From: Nostoc punctiforme PCC 73102
Lineage (GTDB): Bacteria > Cyanobacteriota > Cyanobacteriia > Cyanobacteriales > Nostocaceae
Length of the DNA stretch: 32,000 nucleotides
NCBI RefSeq assembly: GCF_000020025.1
Contig: NC_010628.1
Location: 7,080,001 to 7,112,000, forward strand
Direction: 5' to 3'
Shown here: positions 19,601 through 25,740 of the stretch, piece after piece
How positions within the stretch are numbered: position 1 is the stretch's first letter
Layout: each line of letters starts with the position of its first letter
Translations under genes and position numbers: made by a program
The notes under the pieces: generated by a model
Databases searched by the model: none
What the model saw: the letters and a program-made list of their open reading frames with translations, nothing else
What the model was told of the DNA's origin: nothing

Positions 19601-20272
19601 TTTGGCTTGAATGATTTTGCGATCGAACGCCGCCACCCCAGCCAATTCATCAATAATTTCCCGCCGTTCCCGCGCATTCATCGAGATAATGCTGGTGACA
19701 TCCCCTTGCAGCACCACGTTGTAGCCTTCAGGATAAACCCGCAGATTACTTAGTTGCTGATGCAACTCCGTCAGCGTGCAAGCTTCACCATTTATATAGT
19801 AATTCGACGTGTAACTTCCTTGGTGAGTGACTCGCAGCCTTCTAGTAACACTCCACTCTGCCGATTTTGGCTTTTGGACTTCGGCTTCGCTCAGTCGAAC
19901 GATTTTGGATTTTGGTTCTTCCTCCGCTTCCCCTGCATCCCCTGCATCCCCTGCCTCCTCTACTTCCTCCTTTTGCGCCTTTGTGTCTTTGTGTGAGATT
20001 TCATCTGACAAATCAAACGTCACAGTGACGCTAGCTTCAATAGAAGCGCGTCCTTTAGACGTTTGGGTGTTATTTACCAAATCTGGTAAGCGATCGGCTC
20101 GCATTCCCTTAGAACTGGAGAGTCCGAGGCAAAATAGCAGTGCATCGAGAATATTAGATTTACCCGAACCATTTGGCCCAGATATGACAGTACACCCCGG
20201 CAGCAAAGGGACTGAAGTAGTACCGCCGAAGGATTTGAAGTTGGTAAGTTCCACGCGCTTGATATGAACCAT
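16601..20272 (-). CDS. smc: chromosome segregation protein SMC
   Basis: 1223 aa. N-terminal head FKSFGG..ISGPNGSGKSNILDALLFCLG (Walker A), long Q/E-rich coiled coils, a hinge (GLCGLVVQLG..), and C-terminal LSGGEKSLTALSFIFALQ plus FYAFDEVD (signature and Walker B). Confidence 0.95.
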   Translation of the reverse strand: MVHIKRVELTNFKSFGGTTSVPLLPGCTVISGPNGSGKSNILDALLFCLGLSSSKGMRADRLPDLVNNTQTSKGRASIEASVTVTFDLSDEISHKDTKAQKEEVEEAGDAGDAGEAEEEPKSKIVRLSEAEVQKPKSAEWSVTRRLRVTHQGSYTSNYYINGEACTLTELHQQLSNLRVYPEGYNVVLQGDVTSIISMNARERREIIDELAGVAAFDRKIIQAKSTLDEVKEKEDSCRIIETELTAQRDRLSQDRAKAERYQKLRTEFLAKQSWEAVLSWRSLQAQQEKLVHEIQTGDRNSSELSTQLTNLNSEIVQKTAELEQLNAHVKALGEDELLAVQSTLATQEAERKQLQRQLTELQTASQETAKRLTQTQQEIQKHRHSLEEIDETQIVETRFIASSQHQRNEAHQSLETSREAAAEIASASEAWVQQQTAFNRQIETLLQTLEPQRTEKAQLTERNNQLQQLISEQTQLIERDEPLLAQKQTDCNQVETEFNASSEPIQNLAQNLSATEQELQIQQETQKRLLFEQREKQRQLDKIEAQTQAQQEVQGTQASKVILQSGMPGLCGLVVQLGKVEPRHQLALEMAAGGRLGHIVVEDDGVAAAGIELLKQKRAGRATFLPLNKIHAPKFTQDATLRFASGFVNYAVNLVDCDRRYKDVFSYVFGNTVVFANLEAARKNLGLYRIVTLDGELLETSGAMTGGSNSNRSALRFGTGEAAESDEAIALKTRLVDIERVLERCTEAIATLSARSKKLTQELTETRQARREQQLQLEQLQKDIKNLTAQLEGTRSQLAQNSEKLATAQSRLEILERELPGKENELQQLRHALAELEASQTPSEWQQIQATIKIQEQHLQQRETALREAEQRLKNLENQQQRLQEKIQEAETRITEYETQQISCKDAIHHVFSQITTINEQITQTRLSLAQMEQNLGEEKQKRDATELEVRSHLLRQQQLQWEIEKLKETQEKRREELIALQSQLRDMGAELPNPLPEVPDKVDLEELQKELRSLTKRLQAMEPVNMLALEEYERTQNRLQELTQKLETLEGERTELLLRIENFTTLRQLAFKEAFDAVNENFQSIFAILSDGDGYLQLENPEDPFSSGLNLVAHPKGKPVQRLASMSGGEKSLTALSFIFALQRYRPSPFYAFDEVDMFLDGANVERLAKMIKQQSQQAQFIVVSLRRPMIESAERTIGVTQARGAYTQVLGIKLQSSNTSA
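17537..17560. repeat. palindromic mini-repeat embedded in the smc CDS (translated KDAIHHVF)
   Basis: aaagacgtgat ga atcgcgtcttt. The arms are complementary apart from one T/G position. Confidence 0.75.
19067..19090. repeat. palindromic mini-repeat embedded in the smc CDS (translated VETRFIASS)
   Basis: agacgcgat ga atcgcgtct followed by ctac, with perfect 9-bp arms. This is the same element as at 17537, read in a different frame. Confidence 0.8.
19931..19957. repeat. 9-bp tandem repeat inside the smc head region (encodes DAG-DAG-EAG)
   Basis: ccctgcatc ccctgcatc ccctgcctc read directly. It lies within the acidic segment KEEVEEAGDAGDAGEAEEEP. Confidence 0.8.
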
Positions 20273-20520
20273 AGGCGCTGGTTAACTGGGCTAATGAAGA
20301 ACAAGTGTATCAACTAATTAAAAATTCGCAAGAGGGTAGGGGAAAGAATTCAGGATTATCGTAAACGAGCAGCTTGTCGCAAGCTACCACAGAGGCGCAA
20401 AGAACGCAGAGGGGGTAAGGAAAATCTTATTTCAAAGAAAAGCACAATATTCGAAGGAGTTTAGTCTTTACTACGAACTTCCTTGACAAACTAATAGAGT
20501 GGTGTGACTTAAAATTGAGC

Positions 20521-20559
20521 AAATAAAAAACAGGAACTTACACAGATGTAAGTCCCTGT
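20521..20559 (-). terminator. rho-independent terminator of the BON-domain gene
   Basis: Hairpin caggaacttaca..tgtaagtccctg with one mismatch. On the minus strand it is followed by TTTTTTATTT (complement of 20521-20530). Confidence 0.6.
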
Positions 20560-20602
20560 TTGGCTTTCATGCCGATGTTAACTGAGAACTTCAGTTATTC
20601 TT

Positions 20603-21061
20603 TTATGGCTTTTTCACAGCTTCAACTTTTGCTTCCACCTTCACAGTCTTCACACCTTGAACTTCCTTAGCCAAAGTTTCAGCTTTCTTGAGTTCTTCAG
20701 CAGAAGTCGCTGTGCCTTTGAGGATAATTTCACCCTCTTTGTTCTCAACCTGTAACTTATTGCCTGGTAAGCCTTTGTTCAACTTGGCGCTAACTTCAGT
20801 TTTTAAGTCGCTTTTAACTTTTGTTGCTGCCGTTTTTTCAGAACCGGTTTTAACTTTAGTATCTGTGCTAGTTGCTAAAGGAGTTGTTTGTATTCCTGGA
20901 ACTTTGGCAGTTTCATTTGTCTGAGAAGCAGGTTTTGCTGGTACTTGAGCAGCTTCGTTAGTAGTACTAGGAGTTTCCGAACCAGTTTTAGGAGCCTCTT
21001 GGCAGCCAAAAGTACCAACTACCAAAATGCTACTAACGATTAATAGAATTAGCTTTTTCAT
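20603..21061 (-). CDS. BON-domain protein, probable lipoprotein
   Basis: Signal peptide ending in VVGTFGC (possible lipobox), a T/S/K/A-rich linker, and a C-terminal BON-like segment LQVENKEGEIILKGTATSAEELKKAETLAKEVQGVKTVKV. Confidence 0.65.
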   Translation of the reverse strand: MKKLILLIVSSILVVGTFGCQEAPKTGSETPSTTNEAAQVPAKPASQTNETAKVPGIQTTPLATSTDTKVKTGSEKTAATKVKSDLKTEVSAKLNKGLPGNKLQVENKEGEIILKGTATSAEELKKAETLAKEVQGVKTVKVEAKVEAVKKP

Positions 21062-21527
21062 TATCTATCTCCGAATTGATTACTGAAAGCAATTAATTTG
21101 TGTGTCATGGTGAGGAGCAGATGTTAAAAAGCAATTAAATGTGAAGTAGCAAAAGTGTCCAAGCAATTACTCAGATTACTGGAAATTGAAACTTGAACGA
21201 TTTGTTTAGGCTAAGATTTTGCAGCCATCTTTGAGAAGCACCAATTCAATTTTATTGACGGTTGCTAACCAAGATACCTGTATATACGGACTATAGCTCC
21301 TATGAATTTAATGTAGATGCTGAGGAACTTTTCCAATGATAAACTATGCAACCTTAAAGTAGTGAATCGATGTTATCAGATTTGGGTCAGTTTGGCGATG
21401 TCTACGCCTATGCAGCTCAAAACTTCATGTTTTTGCAATACTGTGCCAGCAAAATTACCAACAAAATGTTACTTTAGAAAACTATGGCTTACTTACAATG
21501 CCCTAAATATTCAGGAAATATCAGCCA

Positions 21528-22448
21528 ATGCCCTACCTCACTTCTGCCAGCGAAATTAGTGCTATTGTCGCTGAATACACCAATATCAAAACACTGTGGA
21601 TCGATACAGAAGTAGCTGACTATAAAAGTCGTAATCCTAGACTATCGCTGATTCAGGTGTTAGATAATCCTCAAGATATGAGTGGCGATCGCGTCTATCT
21701 TTTAGATGTGCTAGACCAACCTAATATCATAGCTGAGTTTATTGAAAAAATTATGATAAATTCTGCCATTGAAAAAGTTTTTCACAATGCCAGTTACGAT
21801 CTAAAATTTCTCGGTAACAAGAAAGCTAAAAATATTACCTGCACTTTAGAAATGGTAAAAAAAATTCCCTACCATATTTTGCCATTACCTAACTATCAAC
21901 TCAAAACCATAGCTACAGCACTTTGTAGCTTTAACAATATCGATAAACAAGAGCAAACCAGCGATTGGGGAAAACGCCCCCTGACTGAAGAACAGATAGA
22001 GTATGCTTATCTAGATTGTATTTATCTTGCTCAAATCCACTCAAATTTATTAAGTTTACAAGCCAAAGCCAACCCCGAACCCGCAACGGAAGATTTAACA
22101 TCACTAAGTACTCGATACTCACAACTTGAACAACAATGGAAGTTGTTGAATTCAGAATTTGAGCATTTGCAAGAACGTATGAAAAAAGCGATGCAAGCTC
22201 AGAATATATCTGAAACTTCTTATCATAAGCTTACTAGTTACGATCGCACTACAGTCAAAGCGACTTTTTCAGAATTGGCTAGGCTAGCACAAACCCAAGA
22301 TATTGATTTAGATTTTCCCATCACGCTAACTCAGAAACTCCAAAAAGATTTAGGCCCAAATCTAGAACAATTGTCTGTAGATATTGAAAAAACTACTTCT
22401 TGGCGGCTAACTCCCAAAGCTCAAGAGACTGAAACAGAAGATGAGTAA
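21528..22448 (+). CDS. 3'-5' exonuclease domain protein (RNase D / DEDDy family) with a coiled-coil C-terminus
   Basis: Exo motifs WIDTEVADY (ExoI DxE), FHNASYDLKFL (ExoII) and YAYLDCIYL (ExoIII YxxxD). Confidence 0.8.
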   Translation: MPYLTSASEISAIVAEYTNIKTLWIDTEVADYKSRNPRLSLIQVLDNPQDMSGDRVYLLDVLDQPNIIAEFIEKIMINSAIEKVFHNASYDLKFLGNKKAKNITCTLEMVKKIPYHILPLPNYQLKTIATALCSFNNIDKQEQTSDWGKRPLTEEQIEYAYLDCIYLAQIHSNLLSLQAKANPEPATEDLTSLSTRYSQLEQQWKLLNSEFEHLQERMKKAMQAQNISETSYHKLTSYDRTTVKATFSELARLAQTQDIDLDFPITLTQKLQKDLGPNLEQLSVDIEKTTSWRLTPKAQETETEDE

Positions 22449-22815
22449 ATTATCCATAAGGCTACAAATGTCAGAATTTATGGAGTTATCGTTTATAGCA
22501 AATCTTAAGATTTCAAATATATTTTTTTCAAAAAGTATCTTAAAAAACATGAGACACAGTAGCTTTCTACTCAGAAATCCATTGTCAAGAAGTAGAGAGA
22601 TGACAATAACAAAGAGCAGAATTGACAATTTTTATACTTTATAATTGATGTTTTTCCCTTAATATAACTATTAAATAAATATATTAAATATCTGGTAAAT
22701 TTGTTAATTGGCTTGAAACGTCTATCCAAAGTTAGAATAACCATTGAGTTAAAGAATTAAAATCTAGATTTTGGTACTAATTGCGTTCAGGTGTTATGGC
22801 AGTTTATATTAAATT

Positions 22816-23658
22816 ATGAGACGGCGTTTATTTAGACAAAAGCGAACAAGGGTAAATCAAGTATTTACTATAGCTATTTTTACTACATTGACAGCAATTA
22901 GCAGTGTTTCTTGTAGCAAGAATGACAGTGTTTTGGTAACAGAAATAGGAGTTAGTACACCTAGCCGTCGTTCAGCTACAGCATCCAGAGGTGGGGAATT
23001 CTATCTTCAAGGAAAGAATCAGCATTTAAACGGCGATTTACAAGCTGCGATCGCTTCCTATAGTAAGGCAATTAGTCAAAACTCTCAATATGGCGCAGCT
23101 TACAACGGACGGGGATTAGCCTACTTTGATTTGGGAGACAAAGAAAAAGCGATCGCAGATTACAATCAAGCCCTCCGCATTAACCCTAACGACGCTGAAG
23201 CTTACAATAACCTGGGCAATGCCCGCGCCTCACTAGAAGGTAACAGAGAAGCAGTTAAAGATTACAGTGAAGCGATTCGCCTGAATCCCAACTACGCCGA
23301 AGCCTACAACAACCGAGGAAATGCCCGCGCCGCCAATGGAGACAGAAAAGGGGCAATAGACGATCTCGGTCAAGCGATTCGCCTGAATCCCAGATATGCG
23401 ATCGCTTACAATAACCGAGGAAATGCTCGTGCTGCCAATGGAGATCCAAAGGGTGCGATCGCAGATTACAATCAAGCCATTCGCCTCAACCCTAACTTTG
23501 CCCCTGCCTACAATAACCGAGGAAATGCCCGCGCCACCAATGGAGATAGACAGGGGGCACTCAAAGATTTAGAAAAAGCAGCGAGCATTTTTCAAAGTCA
23601 GGGTAACAACGACTTATACCAACAAGTGATGAAAAACATCAAAGAACTGAGACAGTAG
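22816..23658 (+). CDS. TPR-repeat protein, probable lipoprotein
   Basis: Signal peptide with ..SSVSCSK, then about six classical 34-aa TPR units (AYNNRGNARAANGD.KGAI.DYNQAIRLNPN). Confidence 0.85.
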   Translation: MRRRLFRQKRTRVNQVFTIAIFTTLTAISSVSCSKNDSVLVTEIGVSTPSRRSATASRGGEFYLQGKNQHLNGDLQAAIASYSKAISQNSQYGAAYNGRGLAYFDLGDKEKAIADYNQALRINPNDAEAYNNLGNARASLEGNREAVKDYSEAIRLNPNYAEAYNNRGNARAANGDRKGAIDDLGQAIRLNPRYAIAYNNRGNARAANGDPKGAIADYNQAIRLNPNFAPAYNNRGNARATNGDRQGALKDLEKAASIFQSQGNNDLYQQVMKNIKELRQ

Positions 23659-23824
23659 GCAAAAGAACAGGGAGCAGGTGTTGGTTTTTAACACCAGAAG
23701 CAAAGATGAAATACGCTCAACAACCCCAGCAAAACAAACAACATGTTGCGATCGCTCGGCATAGATCCTGATTTAACCTAAGAGGATGTTTTAAAAGTCC
23801 TCTGGTCGGTAGCAAAACGTTTTA

Positions 23825-23864
23825 GATCCCCCTAAATCCCCCTTAAAAAGGGGGACTTTAAGAA
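23825..23864. repeat. 40-bp inverted-repeat arm (left) flanking the DUF559 gene
   Basis: gatccccctaaatcccccttaaaaagggggactttaagaa is the exact reverse complement of 24308-24347. It contains the internal palindrome cccccttaaaaaggggg. A degenerate inverted copy follows at 23870-23896. Confidence 0.9.
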
Positions 23865-24259
23865 TTTTTCCCCTTAAAAGGGAGTTTAGGAGGGATTAAA
23901 CCCTGTATCTGCTCACACACACTATCAAATTGATTTAAAACTTGACTATTTGTAAACCTAATAATCTTTAAACCATAGCCTTCTAGAATATGTGTTCTCT
24001 CTATGTCATAATCTTGACCTTCATCTGTAAAATGGCTATCCCCATCAATTTTAACTACTTGTAAAGTAGGACAGTAGAAATCAACTATAAAATGATTAAT
24101 TGGTCTTTGTCTTAAAACCCGAAATTGAAAATCACTCAGATATTCACACCACAGCTTTTTTTCTGCTGGGGTCATATTTTTGCGAAGTTCTTTTGCTCTT
24201 TCTACAAGCTTTGGATTGTAAGGTAAATGGAAATTGCTACTGTTGAGGTTGTTCATCAT
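23858..24259 (-). CDS. DUF559 (Vsr-like) endonuclease-domain protein
   Basis: MTPAEKKLWCEYL..FRVLRQRPINHFIVDFYCPTLQVVKIDGDSHF..D..R..L...G..IIRFTNSQV is the typical DUF559 core. Confidence 0.8.
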   Translation of the reverse strand: MMNNLNSSNFHLPYNPKLVERAKELRKNMTPAEKKLWCEYLSDFQFRVLRQRPINHFIVDFYCPTLQVVKIDGDSHFTDEGQDYDIERTHILEGYGLKIIRFTNSQVLNQFDSVCEQIQGLIPPKLPFKGKNS

Positions 24260-24307
24260 AGTTTCTAGTGTTTATCCCTTTACACTCCTTGAAAAGGTGG
24301 GAAAAAG

Positions 24308-24347
24308 TTCTTAAAGTCCCCCTTTTTAAGGGGGATTTAGGGGGATC
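24308..24347. repeat. 40-bp inverted-repeat arm (right) flanking the DUF559 gene
   Basis: ttcttaaagtccccctttttaagggggatttagggggatc is the exact reverse complement of 23825-23864. Confidence 0.9.
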
Positions 24348-24454
24348 AAACCACATTCTACACAGCATCTAGATGTGTGTACACGATAGCGTCCCTTGTA
24401 GGTAAGAGATTGGGGGTTAAGTTTGAGAGAAAGAAGTTGCACAGTACATTAATC

Positions 24455-24664
24455 AGTATCAAAGACTCGTCCACGAGTATCAAAGACTCGTCCATGAGTA
24501 TAAAAGACTCGTCCGCGAGTATCAAAGGCTCGTCCGCGAGTATCAAAGACTCGTCCGCGAGTATCAAAGACTCATTCACGAGTATCAAAGACTCATCCAC
24601 GAGTATCAAAGACTCTCGCGCGAGTATAAAAGACTCGTCCACGAGTATTAAAGACTCATTACAG
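24455..24664. repeat. tandem repeat, 10 copies of a 21-bp unit (consensus AGTATCAAAGACTCGTCCACG)
   Basis: Read copy by copy at exact 21-bp spacing. Positions 1-15 are nearly invariant and positions 12-21 vary (gtccacg, gtccatg, gtccgcg, attcacg, atccacg, tcgcgcg, attacag). Confidence 0.95.
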
Positions 24665-24743
24665 CAATATTTCATTGATTTAGAAAACACTCTCGCGTTC
24701 TTCTTTGCGTCTTTGCGTGAGATAAAAAATCTTTTGGTGCTGT

Positions 24744-24771
24744 AATTACGAATTACGAATTACGAATTATG
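24744..24771. repeat. STRR-type heptamer tandem repeat (AATTACG x3, plus a degenerate AATTATG)
   Basis: aattacg aattacg aattacg aattatg. It overlaps the stop codon and the last codons (VMHNS*) of the TPR reading frame. Confidence 0.85.
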
Positions 24772-25287
24772 CATTACTCTATCAAGACTTGCACTCACAC
24801 TTTCAGCATACGGTGACTTCAATCGCTGCAAAATCTTTAAAGCTGGTTGCAAATAGGATATCGCTTTAGTATATTCACCCTGCTGTTCTGCCAAATCTCC
24901 TAAGCACCACAGAGTTATTGCTTTACCTTGGACATCACCAATGCGTTCATTTATTTCCAAAGACTGATTGAAAAGTGCGATCGCTTGCTCCACTTCCCCT
25001 TTGTTCGCGTAGATACCTGCCAGATTGTTCAACGTCGCCGCTTTGCCTTGGACATCCCCAATGCGTTCTTCTATTTCTAAAGACTGATTGTAGAGTGCGA
25101 TCGCTTCATCCACTTCCCCTTTGTTGACGTAGATCAGTCCCAGACAGTGCAACGTCGCTGCTTTGCCTTGGACATTACCAATGCGTTCATTTATTTCCAA
25201 AGACTGATTGAAAAGTGCGATCGCTTGCTCCACTTCCCCTTTGTTCGCGTAGATAGATCCCAGTTCTTGCAAGGTTACCGCTTTGCC
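24760..25287 (-). pseudogene. TPR-repeat continuation of the CHAT-STAND gene downstream of an in-frame TGA (detached tail, readthrough extension or pseudogenised C-terminus)
   Basis: Same frame as 25288-28227. The codons just after the TGA read GKAVTLQELGSIYANKGEVEQAIALFNQSLEINERIGNV.., continuing the 40-aa repeat in register. The track ORF 24760-25272 (TTG start) covers most of it. Confidence 0.55.
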
Positions 25288-25740
25288 TCAGACATTTCCA
25301 ATGCGTTCAAATATTTCCAAAGACTGATTATAGAGTGCGAGCGCTTCATCCACTTCCCCTTTGTCGGCGTAGATATTTCCCAGTTGGATCAACGTCGCTG
25401 CTTTGCTTTGGACATTACCAATGCGTTCATTTATTTCCAAAGACTGATTGAAAAGTGCGATCGCTTCATCCACTTCCCCTTTGCCGGCGTAGATATTTCC
25501 CAGACAGCTCAACGTCACCGCTTTGCTTTGGACATCTCCAATGCGTTCACTTATTTCCAAAGACTGATTGTAGAGTGCGAGCGCTTCATCCACTTCCCCT
25601 TTGCCGGCGTAGATATTTCCCAGACAGCCCAACGCTTCCGCTTTGCATTGGACATTTCCAATGCGTTCAAATATTTCTAAAGACTGATTGCAGAGTGCGA
25701 GCGCTTCATCCACATCCCCTTTGTCGTCTTTAAGCATACA
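24921..25740. repeat. about 7 tandem 120-bp units (coding; 40-aa TPR-like repeats) with very high internal identity
   Basis: Unit starts (ctttgccttggacat..) recur at 24921, 25041, 25161, 25281, 25401, 25521 and 25641. For example, 24941-25015 is identical to 25181-25255 (75 bp). Confidence 0.9.

Noticed and set aside
17034-20313. Several ORFs antisense to or overlapping smc (17034-17363, 17719-17922, 17982-18275, 19754-19996, 19827-20267, 20074-20313)
   Set aside because: They are embedded in a 1223-aa gene with unambiguous SMC motifs. Antisense open frames are expected in Q/E-rich coiled-coil coding sequence.
21317-21559. 80-aa ORF upstream of and overlapping the exonuclease gene start
   Set aside because: It has no motifs, lies in a promoter-like AT-rich region and overlaps the better-supported start at 21528.
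22407-22644. Two overlapping ORFs (73 aa minus, 67 aa plus) in the AT-rich spacer after the exonuclease gene
   Set aside because: They are low-complexity, AT-rich and mutually overlapping, with no SD or motifs. They are treated as intergenic.
23825-24347. Calling the inverted-repeat-bracketed DUF559 block an insertion sequence or MITE
   Set aside because: There is no transposase or recognisable target-site duplication, and DUF559 is not a known transposase. It is reported as a finding, not annotated as a mobile element.
24455-24664. Possible CRISPR array (regular short repeats)
   Set aside because: The units are directly head-to-tail at 21-bp spacing with no spacers, the unit is shorter than CRISPR repeats, and no cas genes are in the window.
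24358-24745. Two mirror ORFs (110 aa minus, 122 aa plus) across the 21-bp repeat
   Set aside because: Both exist only because the repeat length is a multiple of three and lacks stops in five frames. They have no SD or independent coding evidence, so the region is kept as a repeat feature rather than a CDS.
25147-25733. Plus-strand ORFs (177 aa, 92 aa) antisense to the TPR array
   Set aside because: They are repetitive antisense translations of the 120-bp coding repeat. The minus-strand frame has clear TPR motifs and continuity with the STAND gene.
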